A stretch of DNA of 33,695 nt from the NCBI GenBank assembly GCA_964534635.1, contig CAZHSW010000060.1, positions 1 through 33,695 of the forward strand, written 5' to 3'. The position numbers and the translations under genes were made by a program. Origin of the DNA: an uncultured Methanomicrobia archaeon (GTDB lineage: Archaea; Halobacteriota; Bog-38; Methanoflorentales; Methanoflorentaceae). Shown one piece after another: positions 8,953 through 18,517 of this stretch (position 1 is its first letter; each line of letters starts with the position of its first letter). A model generated the notes under the pieces. It was not told the DNA's origin and made no database searches. It saw only the letters and a list, made by a program, of their open reading frames with translations.

Positions 8953-9350
8953 CGCCTATGATTGCGCAAGCGCCCTAGATAAAAGCTCTGGTGAGTTACT
9001 AAATCGACGAGAGCCATTCATTTTCCGTGCCTTAACGACGCAAAAGAGCAAAAAAACGCATTTTGATCCGTTAAGATTAAGCCAAAAACTATATCGTGTG
9101 ACAATATAACTTTACATATTTAATCATAATAATTGTGTAACATCTCGGTGTCACAGTGTGAGCAACGATGTTATGCGGCTAGTTGATAAGCTCAAGCAAG
9201 GAGCGGTAGCGCGATGCAGAGAACGGGTTTTGCGCGCAGGGAACAAAATAAAGAATTACGATGAAGAGGGAGTGGCGCACAGATCAGAATATTCCATCGC
9301 GGAACATGTGAAGCGGCGGCGCGGCCTATGAACGTAAAGAGGGCTGAAAA

Positions 9351-9674
9351 ATGACGGAGCTAGAACCGTCAGTCCTGCAGCAAATTAGGAAAAAAGAGGT
9401 CGAGCTAAGCGTAAAATCTGACCAAGCGCGGCGAGACGCCGAGCAGATTGTCGCAGAGGCGAAACGAGAAGCAGCTGCTACGTTAAGTGCGGCGGAGAAT
9501 GAGGGAAGAACCGTCGCTAACGAGTCTTATAAAATTGGACTAGCCAGCGTCATGGACGAGGTCGCGAGACTCAAGCGGCTCGGTGAAGAAGAGACTAAAT
9601 CTGCGAAACTGCAAGGAGAGCGCAATTTGCCGCGAGCGGTAGACCAAATTGTGAAAGTCATAATTCCGGAGTAG
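9351..9674 (+). CDS. atpH: A-type ATP synthase subunit H (operon 1)
   Basis: 107 aa Ala/Glu/Arg/Lys-rich coiled coil. It is the first gene of a canonical H-I-K-E-C-F-A-B-D array. Confidence 0.75.
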   Translation: MTELEPSVLQQIRKKEVELSVKSDQARRDAEQIVAEAKREAAATLSAAENEGRTVANESYKIGLASVMDEVARLKRLGEEETKSAKLQGERNLPRAVDQIVKVIIPE

Positions 9675-9678
9675 CAGT

Positions 9679-11601
9679 ATGCTCCAAAAAATGGCCAAAA
9701 TCCAGATCATCGGGCCAAAGGATGACTTGCACAGCGCCGTCGATTTTCTATATAATCTTGGGACTGTCCATCTAGAAGACGCGTCGACTACGATTGCTCC
9801 GGGAGACACAATGTTGCGACGTGGACTAACAGGCCCGAAAGCCGACGTCTCAGGCGTGTTAATCAAGGTCAGCGGGATGTTCAACCTGCTCCCTGTAATG
9901 ACCGTCGAAGAGACGCTACGAACACAACTCTACGGCCAGCTTCGATGGAAAAATGATGATGAACTCGTCAGCGAGGCAACCCAGGTCATAAGCGAGCTTG
10001 AGGCTACAACAAAAGAGCTTGCGACCCGAAAAAGTGACATAGAGTTTACGTTGACCAATTTGGCGCAGTACGAACGAGTGGTTGAAAAGCTGCGACCTTT
10101 GGAAGACCAGCTTCCTTTTTTGGAGGGGTTCGAAGTCACGGTAATTCTCATCCAACGCGAGTTTAAAGACGTTTTAGAGATTATTCGCGCGGCACTTGTT
10201 GAGATTACTCACAACCAATTCGAGTTGATGTCGGCTGACGTCGACGAAGAGACAACAGCCGCAGTCACGGTATTTAACAAGAGATACTCGGAGCAAGTAC
10301 ACTCATTCATTTGGTCGCAAAATGTTAATGAGGTCAGACTCCCTCCTGAATACTTAGACAAGCCGTTTGGCGAAGTATTGACGCTCGTAGAGGAGCGACG
10401 GCAAGGTGCCAACGCGGAGATAGCGACCGTCAATGAAGAGCTCGCAGCGCTGTCCGGGCACTGGTATCCAAAGCTTTCGGTGCTCAAAGACGTTCTGGAA
10501 GACAGAAACAACGAGCTCAGTGTTTTTTCAAAGTTTGGACAAACGGACTACACCTTCGTGATGCTGGGCTGGGTTCCAAAAAAACAGCTGGCTAACACAA
10601 AAAATGCATTGAGAGAGGCATTTAAGGGGCGAGTCATTGTTAACGATCTGAAAGTAAGTCGAGACGAAGAGAAAAATGCGCCATCGTTCTATGATAACCC
10701 TCGAATCATCAAACCTTTTGAGTTTCTGAGTGGATTGTTGAGTCCACCGCAATACGGAGAGATTGAACCGACGCCTTTGCTCGCGCTTTTCTTCCCGTTT
10801 TTCTTCGGCTTTATGGTAGGCGACATCGGGTACGCCATCTGTATATTAGCGTTTGCGCTAGTGGTGCGACAGTTCTACGGGAGGCGCAGTAACGCCATCA
10901 AGCAGCTCATGAACATCCTGATCATCTGCTCTATTCCAACGATGTTCTTCGGCTATCTCTACGGCGAGTTCTTCGGAAATCTAGGACAAATGATGGGCTG
11001 GATCCACCCAGTAACGATAAACGGGTTGACACTCGACAGGATCAACATTATCGTACCGCTGCTCATTTTCACGATCGCCGTTGGGATATTTCACGTTTTT
11101 CTCGGCCTCGGTTTAGGTATAATGAATGCTATCTCATATCAGAACAAAAAGCTCGTGTGCTCTAGGGCTGGCCTGATGCTCGCCTTGACGAGCATAATAT
11201 TAATCCTGCTTGCGGTAGTTGCAGTGATTCCCTCGATACTCGTAACCCCCGGCATCGTTTTGCTCGTTATTGCACTCCCGCTAATCTTCTATGGGGGCGG
11301 AATAGTGGGAGCAATAGAGGTTATGAGCGCGTTTACAAACGTGCTCTCATATGCGAGATTAATGGCAATCGGACTGGCTTCCGTAGTACTAGCGCTGGTA
11401 GCCAATGACCTCGGAAGCTCAATGGGAATTGTTCTGGTAGGTTTTTTGATAGCAGCACTGCTTCACGGATTAAACGTTGTGCTGTGTATGTTTAGCCCCT
11501 CGCTCCAATCACTCAGACTTCATATCGTAGAGTTCTATTCAAAGTTTTACGAGGGTGGGGGCAGACGTTACGATCCTTTTAAGCGGGGGACGGTAAAATG
11601 A
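9679..11601 (+). CDS. atpI: A-type ATP synthase subunit I (a-subunit, operon 1)
   Basis: 640 aa. A soluble N-terminal half is followed by multiple TM helices. The conserved LSYARLMAIGLAS segment carries the essential Arg. Confidence 0.9.
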   Translation: MLQKMAKIQIIGPKDDLHSAVDFLYNLGTVHLEDASTTIAPGDTMLRRGLTGPKADVSGVLIKVSGMFNLLPVMTVEETLRTQLYGQLRWKNDDELVSEATQVISELEATTKELATRKSDIEFTLTNLAQYERVVEKLRPLEDQLPFLEGFEVTVILIQREFKDVLEIIRAALVEITHNQFELMSADVDEETTAAVTVFNKRYSEQVHSFIWSQNVNEVRLPPEYLDKPFGEVLTLVEERRQGANAEIATVNEELAALSGHWYPKLSVLKDVLEDRNNELSVFSKFGQTDYTFVMLGWVPKKQLANTKNALREAFKGRVIVNDLKVSRDEEKNAPSFYDNPRIIKPFEFLSGLLSPPQYGEIEPTPLLALFFPFFFGFMVGDIGYAICILAFALVVRQFYGRRSNAIKQLMNILIICSIPTMFFGYLYGEFFGNLGQMMGWIHPVTINGLTLDRINIIVPLLIFTIAVGIFHVFLGLGLGIMNAISYQNKKLVCSRAGLMLALTSIILILLAVVAVIPSILVTPGIVLLVIALPLIFYGGGIVGAIEVMSAFTNVLSYARLMAIGLASVVLALVANDLGSSMGIVLVGFLIAALLHGLNVVLCMFSPSLQSLRLHIVEFYSKFYEGGGRRYDPFKRGTVK

Positions 11602-11817
11602 GTGTCAAGTTGGCTCTCAAGCCGCACAAGACGCCGGATTTTAGAAAGGAGGTAAAAAAACCCACCTTAACCGTCTGAAAGACGGACGGATCTATAACCT
11701 GAATCAGTTGACGGCACGTGCTTTTAATGTCAGTATTTTGTCTAAACCGGAAATTTGCAGAAGATAACGGGCTACTTAAGAGGCGAAACTAAAAAACCAC
11801 ACGGAGTTGATGAAAAG

Positions 11818-12036
11818 ATGGTCGAACCAATGATACCAATCGGCGCTGGGATTGCCTTCGGACTAGGTGCGCTCGGAACGGGCATAGCACAAGCGAGAAT
11901 CGGCGCAGCCGGGGCAGGAGTAATTGCAGAAAAACCAGAATTATTCGGTTTAGCGCTTGTTTTTGTGGCGCTGCCAGAAACGTTAGTCATCTTAGGCTTC
12001 GTCATCGCAGCCATAATCCTTTTTGTTCTAGTCTGA
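11818..12036 (+). CDS. atpK: A-type ATP synthase subunit K (c-subunit/proteolipid, operon 1)
   Basis: 72 aa two-helix hairpin with a Gly/Ala-rich helix 1 containing Q25, loop AEKPE, and helix 2 motif ALPETLVILG (E54-T55). I placed the start at ATG 11818; the ORF track start (TTG 11755) adds a hydrophilic extension. Confidence 0.85.
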   Translation: MVEPMIPIGAGIAFGLGALGTGIAQARIGAAGAGVIAEKPELFGLALVFVALPETLVILGFVIAAIILFVLV

Positions 12037-12184
12037 CGCCACGAGAGCTAGACAGTCAAATGTTGAAGTAAGGCCTCTTCTCGCGGTCTCAAAACTGATT
12101 CGTGAGATAAGATAGTCAAACGAGCTATCGCCCCAATGACGCAAAAAGCGTGCTTTCAAAGGGAGAACTAGAACGAGGTGAAAA

Positions 12185-12769
12185 ATGACGTACGAGAATT
12201 TGATTGAATCCATGGAGGTGAGCGCCGAAAAGAGAATCAATGAGATACTGAAAAATGCACACGAACAAAGCGGTGAAATTAAGAGGACTGCACTGACAAA
12301 AGCCGAATCGATAAAAACGGCATACCTAGAGGAGGCACAAAAATCAGTTGATGTGGAACGAAATAAACTAATATACCAAGTTAAAGCCGAAAACAAAATG
12401 AACGTCATAAAAGAGAAGGACCGCGTCATAAGAAGCGCGTTCGCTGAAGCTAAAAAACGCCTAGAAAACTTCAGAAATGACGGAAATTATCACGATAACT
12501 TCAAAAAAATGCTACAGGAAGCAGTTAATGCATTGGCGACAAAGAAAGTGCTGCTTCATATCGACAAGCGCGACGAAAACCTCTGCAGGCAAGTATTGAA
12601 CGAATTAAACATCAATTCGGAAATTGTCGCTGACTTAAAAAGCGAGGGAGGGCTAGCAGTCAGCACGAAAGACGGAAAAATTGTCGTTTTTAATACGTTA
12701 GAGTCACGACTGGCCAAAGCCGAAGAACTGATGAGGCGAGAAATTTTCGCGACCATTTACGGTGATTAG
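12185..12769 (+). CDS. atpE: A-type ATP synthase subunit E (operon 1)
   Basis: 194 aa with a long charged N-terminal helix plus a C-terminal globular part, positioned between K and C. GAGGTGA Shine-Dalgarno sequence upstream of the ATG. Confidence 0.8.
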   Translation: MTYENLIESMEVSAEKRINEILKNAHEQSGEIKRTALTKAESIKTAYLEEAQKSVDVERNKLIYQVKAENKMNVIKEKDRVIRSAFAEAKKRLENFRNDGNYHDNFKKMLQEAVNALATKKVLLHIDKRDENLCRQVLNELNINSEIVADLKSEGGLAVSTKDGKIVVFNTLESRLAKAEELMRREIFATIYGD

Positions 12770-13820
12770 CTTGGACTACGAATTCGTCAACGCTCGAATA
12801 CGGGGCATGAAAAGTCGCTTACTGGATCGGAAGAAGCTCGAGGCACTGGTGGCAAAGTTAGACATTGATTCCGTAATCGATGAGTTGTCAAGTACTCCCT
12901 ATCGCCCAGACATAGAAGATGCCAGCGTTCAATACGCTGGCCTTGCTTGTGTCGAAGAAGCGTTGCGGCGAAATCTGGGGAAGACCCTTCGTCTCTTATT
13001 TAAGTTCTTGAAAGGAGAAGACGCGGAGCGATTTGTTAACGTCTTTTTGAACAAGTGGGACGTTCAAAACATAAAAACGATCTTGCGAGGAAAAAACATC
13101 CACGAAGTGGCTGACGAAATCCTCGCGAGCTTAGCACCCGCAGGTGCGCTTGACGATGCAACCCTCATTGAGCTTGTAAAGCAGCCAGATGTCAAGGCTG
13201 TAATCGATTTACTAGCTACCTGGGGAATCGAATATTACAAGCCGCTTACTCAGCATTTCACGGAGTTTAGCGAAACAAGGGACCTGGCCGTCTTGGAATA
13301 CGCGTTAGATAAATTTTACTACAACAGTGCGCTGGACGCTGTCGCAGGCGACTCTTACGACGAAGCGATTGTTCGACAGATCGTTAGATCCGAGATAGAC
13401 GTAACGAACATAAAAAACATCTTACGCATCATACGTGACAAGGTGGAACCGGAAAATGCTACTTATTACTTCATTCGCGGCGGAAAGGAGCTAGACTTTG
13501 ATAAGCTGGTAATCGTCAGTCAAGCACGGACGACTGAAGGCGTTATTAAACTATTATCTAACACCTCCTATGGTTTCCTCACTGAGATCCCCAACGAGTA
13601 CGTCACAACTGAAAAGATTTCCGCATTTGAAAAGGCGCTAGACAAGTTCCTCCTGCAAAAAGCGCTGGCTATGTTCTCAGGAGATCCTTTAAGCTTCGCC
13701 ATGGTTGTCGGTTATTTATGGGCCAAATTGAACGAAATAACCAACATCAGGATAATTGCGACCTGCAAAACAGAATACTGTCCAGAAAAGGAACTGATGG
13801 AGGAGCTCGTCTTTGTTTAA
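12762..13820 (+). CDS. atpC: A-type ATP synthase subunit C (d-subunit homolog, operon 1)
   Basis: 352 aa helical protein. The motif WDVQNIKTILRGK is shared with the paralog (WDIREIKTILRGK). The GTG start overlaps the atpE stop. Confidence 0.85.
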   Translation: MISLDYEFVNARIRGMKSRLLDRKKLEALVAKLDIDSVIDELSSTPYRPDIEDASVQYAGLACVEEALRRNLGKTLRLLFKFLKGEDAERFVNVFLNKWDVQNIKTILRGKNIHEVADEILASLAPAGALDDATLIELVKQPDVKAVIDLLATWGIEYYKPLTQHFTEFSETRDLAVLEYALDKFYYNSALDAVAGDSYDEAIVRQIVRSEIDVTNIKNILRIIRDKVEPENATYYFIRGGKELDFDKLVIVSQARTTEGVIKLLSNTSYGFLTEIPNEYVTTEKISAFEKALDKFLLQKALAMFSGDPLSFAMVVGYLWAKLNEITNIRIIATCKTEYCPEKELMEELVFV

Positions 13821-14133
13821 GTTTGTGGTAATCACGGATCCAGAAACAGCACCAGGATTTCGACTCGCAGGAGTTGACGTGATTGAGGCGTCGACTGGCG
13901 AAGAGGCGAAGACCATAATTCCGTCCCTGCTATTTAAGGATGACACAGGCATCGTCGCGGTTAATGAGGATTTTATGGAATCCTTGGACGAGAAGCTATT
14001 GCAAAAGATCGAGAAGACACATCGGCCGATCGTTATTTCGATCCCGTCGCGAACACAGCGGATTGATCGCGCTGATTATATCGAAAGAATGCTTCGCAGG
14101 GCGATTGGGTATAATATCGTGGTAAGGAGATAG
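13813..14133 (+). CDS. atpF: A-type ATP synthase subunit F (operon 1)
   Basis: 106 aa. FKFVVITDPETAPGFRLAGV is the typical F-subunit N-terminus. TTG start overlaps the atpC end. Confidence 0.8.
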   Translation: MFKFVVITDPETAPGFRLAGVDVIEASTGEEAKTIIPSLLFKDDTGIVAVNEDFMESLDEKLLQKIEKTHRPIVISIPSRTQRIDRADYIERMLRRAIGYNIVVRR

Positions 14134-14136
14134 GGT

Positions 14137-15876
14137 ATGTTGCAAGGATTAATCTCACGGATCTCTGGTCCAGTGGTCTACGCCCATGAAATGCGCGGAT
14201 CTAAACTCTATGACGTTGTGCGAGTCGGTCACGAGAAGCTCAACGGAGAGATTATACGATTGGACGCAGACGAAGCAGTTATTCAAGTCTATGAAGATAC
14301 TTCAGGACTCACGGTTGGAGAGCCGGTTGAGAACACGGAGACTCCGTTGAGCGTTGAACTTGGACCGGGCATAATTTCGTCGATCTACGATGGCATTCAG
14401 CGGCCTCTTCCGATACTAATGGAAAAAAGCGGCGACTTCATTTCGCGGGGCATTACTCTGCCCGGAGTGGATCGGAAACGGCAGTGGGCGTTAACTGCCG
14501 TTGCGAAAAAGGGCGACGTCGTAGCCTCTGGAGACGTTCTGGGGACCGTCAACGAATACCATATTTCGCACAAGATCATGGTTCCGCCTCACGTTTCGGG
14601 GGTTGTCTCTGAAATAGAGAGTGGTACATTCACCGTGGAAGACGCCGTGTGCGTCTTAGACAACGGGACTTCGATAACACTTTTGCAAAAGTGGCCGGTA
14701 CGAAGAGGCAGGCCTTATGCTAGGAAGCTCGATCCGACTTTGCCCTTGCTAACTGGACAACGCGTTTTTGACAGCATGTTTCCAGTAACGAAGGGGGGCA
14801 CTGCTATGATTCCGGGTGGCTTTGGGACGGGAAAGACCGTGTCGGAACAAACGCTCGCAAAGTGGGCAGATGCAGAAATTGTGGTATACATTGGCTGCGG
14901 AGAGCGCGGCAATGAGATGACTGACGTGCTTACCGAATTTCCTGCCTTGATCGACCCTCGAACCAAGCAACCATTGATCCAAAGAACCATCATGATAGCC
15001 AACACCTCAAACATGCCGGTGGCAGCGAGAGAGGCTTCGATTTATACAGGCATAACGATGGCAGAATATTATAGGGACATGGGGTACGACGTAGCTTTAA
15101 TGGCTGACTCGACTTCGCGGTGGGGAGAAGCGCTTCGCGAGGTCTCGGGAAGGCTGGAAGAGATGCCAGGCGAAGAGGGGTACCCTGCGTATCTCGCGAC
15201 TAGGTTGGCTGCTTTTTACGAACGTGCTGGTAGGGTCGTTTGCTTGGGCTCCGATGAACGAACCGGATCCATAACAGTGGTAGGCGCGGTATCACCGCCT
15301 GGAGGCGACTTTTCTGAGCCCATCACACAAAACACGCTTAGAATAGCCGGGGCTTTCTGGGCATTGGACACGAGTTTGGCGTACAGGCGACATTTTCCGG
15401 CCATCAACTGGATAAACAGCTACTCACTCTACGTTGACAGCGTCCAAGATTGGTTTGTGGACAGCATTGCACGCGACTGGCGATTTCTTCGAGACAAGAC
15501 GATGTTTCTCCTGCAAAAGGAGGTTGAGCTCCAAGAAATCGTTCAACTAGTGGGGCCGGACGCGTTGCCGGAGGGAGAGAAGGCAATCCTCGAAGTGACG
15601 AGAATGATCCGAGAAGACTTTTTGCAGCAGAGCGCTTTTGACGAGATTGACTCTTTTTGCCCGCTAGACAAGCAGTACTGGATGCTAAAGGCGATCCTCA
15701 CATTTCACGACGCAATCACAGAGGCCCTTAGCAAGGGAGTTTCGCTCCCCCAAGTGTTGGAATTGCCGGTGAAAACAGAAATCGCACGGATGAAGGAACT
15801 TAAGGACGTGGGCACTATAGAAACCCTTATACGCAAAATAGATGAGAGTATCGGAACTCTGGAGGCCGCGCAATGA
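14137..15876 (+). CDS. atpA: A-type ATP synthase catalytic subunit A (operon 1)
   Basis: 579 aa. Walker A reads GGFGTGKT. Conserved blocks are [43 protein letters not shown] and [13 protein letters not shown]. Confidence 0.95.
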   Translation: MLQGLISRISGPVVYAHEMRGSKLYDVVRVGHEKLNGEIIRLDADEAVIQVYEDTSGLTVGEPVENTETPLSVELGPGIISSIYDGIQRPLPILMEKSGDFISRGITLPGVDRKRQWALTAVAKKGDVVASGDVLGTVNEYHISHKIMVPPHVSGVVSEIESGTFTVEDAVCVLDNGTSITLLQKWPVRRGRPYARKLDPTLPLLTGQRVFDSMFPVTKGGTAMIPGGFGTGKTVSEQTLAKWADAEIVVYIGCGERGNEMTDVLTEFPALIDPRTKQPLIQRTIMIANTSNMPVAAREASIYTGITMAEYYRDMGYDVALMADSTSRWGEALREVSGRLEEMPGEEGYPAYLATRLAAFYERAGRVVCLGSDERTGSITVVGAVSPPGGDFSEPITQNTLRIAGAFWALDTSLAYRRHFPAINWINSYSLYVDSVQDWFVDSIARDWRFLRDKTMFLLQKEVELQEIVQLVGPDALPEGEKAILEVTRMIREDFLQQSAFDEIDSFCPLDKQYWMLKAILTFHDAITEALSKGVSLPQVLELPVKTEIARMKELKDVGTIETLIRKIDESIGTLEAAQ

Positions 15877-17270
15877 AATCTGACAGCCTGCTCACCAAAG
15901 ATTACAAGACGATCAATTATGTGTCTGGACCGCTTATATTCACTGAAAACGTAAAAGGAGTCTCTTTCGGGGAGACAGCCAAGATTACACTTGCTAATGG
16001 CGAAGAACGTACGGGCCAAGTCTTAGACGTCTCGCAAGAGCTTGCGATTGTTCAAGTCTTTGAGGGTACTAGCGGCATTGACGACTTAGAGACGCGGGTC
16101 AGATTTACGGGAGAGCCACCGAAAGTAAACGTCTCATTTGACATGCTTGGGAGGATTTTTGATGGTGTCGGCAATCCAAGAGACGGCGGGCCTCCTGTCA
16201 TCTCGGAAGAAAGTGTCGATATAACAGGTACGCCGATCAATCCGTATGCCCGCGACAAGCCGGCAGATTTCATCCAAACGGGTATGTCGGCAATCGATGG
16301 CTTAAACACGCTCGTGCGGGGACAGAAGCTTCCTATATTCTCTGGGTCTGGTCTGCCAGCGAATAGGCTAGCCGCGCAAATCGCCCGGCAAGCTAAGGTG
16401 CTGGGCGAAGGTGAGAACTTCGCCGTCGTTTTTGCAGCGATGGGTATCACTTACAAGGACGCGTCATTCTTTATGAGAGATTTTGAACGAACGGGCGCAC
16501 TCGAGCGCGTCGTTTTCTTCATGAACTTAGCAGACGACCCAACCATAGAGCGCGTCGCAACGCCTCGATGCGCTTTGTCAGCAGCAGAATACCTTGCTTA
16601 TGCCCACAACTTGCACGTGCTCGTTATCCTGACTGACATGACGAACTATTGTGAGGCTTTGCGAGAGATCTCCACTGCGCGCGAGGAGGTGCCTGGCCGA
16701 CGCGGTTATCCCGGATACATGTACACGGATCTAGCGTCAATTTATGAACGCGCTGGGCGCATCAAAGGCAAGAAAGGATCCATCACCCAAATACCTATAC
16801 TGACTATGCCAGACGATGATATTACTCATCCGGTGCCGGACTTAACTGGTTACATAACGGAAGGGCAAATCGTACTGAGTAGGGATCTGTATAGGCGAGG
16901 AGTTGATCCGCCGATTGATGCGCTTCCCTGTTTGTCTAGGCTGATGAACCTCGGCATTGGCGCAGAAAAAACGCGAGAGGATCACCGAAATGTCGCCGAT
17001 CAACTCTATGCGTCCTATGCATACGGGCGAGACCTAAGACGTTTGGTCGCGATTGTTGGAGAAGAAGCTCTGACTGAGCTTGACAAAAAATATCTCGAAT
17101 TTGCGGACGAATTTGAGAGGAAATTCATTTCGCAAGGAAACGAAGACCGGAACATCGGAGCGACTATGGGGATAGCTTGGGACCTCTTCTCGATGCTTCC
17201 TGAGGACGAGCTCAAGCGCATAAAGTTGGAGTACATTAAGAGATATCATCCTGTCTATAAGGGGCAATGA
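15873..17270 (+). CDS. atpB: A-type ATP synthase subunit B (operon 1)
   Basis: 465 aa. Contains [21 protein letters not shown] (degenerate P-loop of B subunits), [12 protein letters not shown] and [21 protein letters not shown] overlap with atpA. Confidence 0.95.
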   Translation: MKSDSLLTKDYKTINYVSGPLIFTENVKGVSFGETAKITLANGEERTGQVLDVSQELAIVQVFEGTSGIDDLETRVRFTGEPPKVNVSFDMLGRIFDGVGNPRDGGPPVISEESVDITGTPINPYARDKPADFIQTGMSAIDGLNTLVRGQKLPIFSGSGLPANRLAAQIARQAKVLGEGENFAVVFAAMGITYKDASFFMRDFERTGALERVVFFMNLADDPTIERVATPRCALSAAEYLAYAHNLHVLVILTDMTNYCEALREISTAREEVPGRRGYPGYMYTDLASIYERAGRIKGKKGSITQIPILTMPDDDITHPVPDLTGYITEGQIVLSRDLYRRGVDPPIDALPCLSRLMNLGIGAEKTREDHRNVADQLYASYAYGRDLRRLVAIVGEEALTELDKKYLEFADEFERKFISQGNEDRNIGATMGIAWDLFSMLPEDELKRIKLEYIKRYHPVYKGQ

Positions 17271-17271
17271 C

Positions 17272-17937
17272 GTGGAACAAGTCAATCCGACTAGGATGGA
17301 ACTAATTAAGAAAAACGCGCAAATCAAATTGGCCGAGCAAGGCAGAGATCTTCTGCGCGAAAAGATGGACGCCCTCATTCAGGAGTTCTTTCACATTATG
17401 GTGTCAGTTTCAAAATCGCGAGAGGAGCTCGAAATCGCCGCCGCCGTTGCGCAGCGTTCGCTGTCCGTTGCGGAAGCAGTCGACGACCCGGTCGCGCTAA
17501 AATCGGCATCTTTCGCAACGAAAAGAGCTCTGGCGCTTGACATTAGAGGCAAGAACATAATGGGGGTTCCTGTCCCACTTGTGCAGAGAACGAGCGTCAC
17601 AAAGAGCGTGCTGGAACGGGGTTATAGCTTGATCGGAACGAGCGGCCGGATTGACGAAGCAGCAGAGAAGTTCGAGGCCGAGCTAGACCTAATCGTCGGA
17701 CTAGCAGAAACTGAAACGTCCCTCCGCAGGCTCGGTGACGAAATTCAGATGAACCGAAGGCGCGTTAATGCCCTTGAACAAGTACTTATCCCTGAGTTGA
17801 AGCGTCAAGCCAAGTACATCAAGATAGCGATCGAAGAACGGGAGAGGGAGGATCTATATCGCTTAAAAAAAGTCAAGAAGATCCTCGAACGACGGAAAGC
17901 GACAAAGAAGAAACCAATAATAGCCACTAGTGCGTAA
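17272..17937 (+). CDS. atpD: A-type ATP synthase subunit D (central stalk, operon 1)
   Basis: 221 aa coiled-coil protein with N-terminal PTRMELIKK motif and C-terminal RRVNALE...IEEREREDLYRLKK. GTG start 1 nt after the atpB stop. Confidence 0.85.
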   Translation: MEQVNPTRMELIKKNAQIKLAEQGRDLLREKMDALIQEFFHIMVSVSKSREELEIAAAVAQRSLSVAEAVDDPVALKSASFATKRALALDIRGKNIMGVPVPLVQRTSVTKSVLERGYSLIGTSGRIDEAAEKFEAELDLIVGLAETETSLRRLGDEIQMNRRRVNALEQVLIPELKRQAKYIKIAIEEREREDLYRLKKVKKILERRKATKKKPIIATSA

Positions 17938-18000
17938 ATTTGACGCGTTGCCCACAGCTCGTCAAGTTGTGCCTATCGCGCTTGTGTGAGACGGATAGCA

Positions 18001-18330
18001 CTACTCTTTGCGGACGAGCGCGGTGCAAACTTCGTCGATCGCAACTTTTTCACTTTTTTCTTTGTTTTCAACTTGTTTTGCAGCCGTTATGATTCCCTCT
18101 AAATCAACCTTTGTCAACCTCGAAAAAGAGATGTTTTCCCATTCGCTGCGTGTGATACAGACCCAAACCTCACCTAGAAACTGCTTGAGCATATCGATGT
18201 CTGCTGAAGTAAACGACTTCCATTCTGACGGCATTTTGCGCCGAATTTTTTCGAGTGCAACCTCAACGGCTTTTTCCTTGTGAATTTGAAACAGCCGCCT
18301 TCCAACTTCCTCGTCTCGGGCTTCGGGCAT
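18001..18330 (-). CDS. Hypothetical protein (109 aa) at the convergence point of the two ATPase operons
   Basis: ATG is preceded by GGGGT. The composition is charged and plausible, whereas the antisense ORF is Ser/Phe-rich junk. I recognised no family. It is co-oriented with operon 2, 187 nt downstream of its atpD. Confidence 0.45.
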   Translation of the reverse strand: MPEARDEEVGRRLFQIHKEKAVEVALEKIRRKMPSEWKSFTSADIDMLKQFLGEVWVCITRSEWENISFSRLTKVDLEGIITAAKQVENKEKSEKVAIDEVCTALVRKE

Positions 18331-18467
18331 AACGCGACCCCATACATACTGTATCTATTCGAATATCTTTTTTGCGGAAACTGAGGCTTTCTGACTTTCT
18401 AAGAGCTGTATATGCTTGAATTAGTTCGCCGCGTTCATCCAGACTGGACCGTTCAAAAACCTCCAGC

Positions 18468-18474
18468 AAAAAAA
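18468..18474 (-). terminator. Oligo-T (T7) tract downstream of operon 2 atpD
   Basis: An A7 run on the + strand gives T7 on the coding strand, about 44 nt after the atpD stop (18518). A T7 run on the + strand at 18497-18503 makes the region symmetric. Confidence 0.3.
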
Positions 18475-18517
18475 CTACCGAAATGAGCACAAGAGGTTTT
18501 TTTCGCTAAATAAGATT

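Noticed and set aside
8651-9109. 152-aa + strand ORF
   Set aside because: It is mostly antisense to the well-supported CBS-pair gene, and its sequence is Ser/Thr-rich and low in complexity.
11598-11654. 18-codon ORF (MSVKLALKPHKTPDLERR) starting in an ATGA overlap with the atpI stop of operon 1
   Set aside because: It is too short, hydrophilic and featureless, and it ends inside the AAGGAGGT element. It is most likely a chance frame.
11755-11817. N-terminal extension of atpK (operon 1) from TTG 11755, as given in the ORF track
   Set aside because: The extra 21 residues are hydrophilic and have no counterpart in c subunits. ATG 11818 gives MVEPMIPIG..., which parallels MVDPMGAG... of the paralog.
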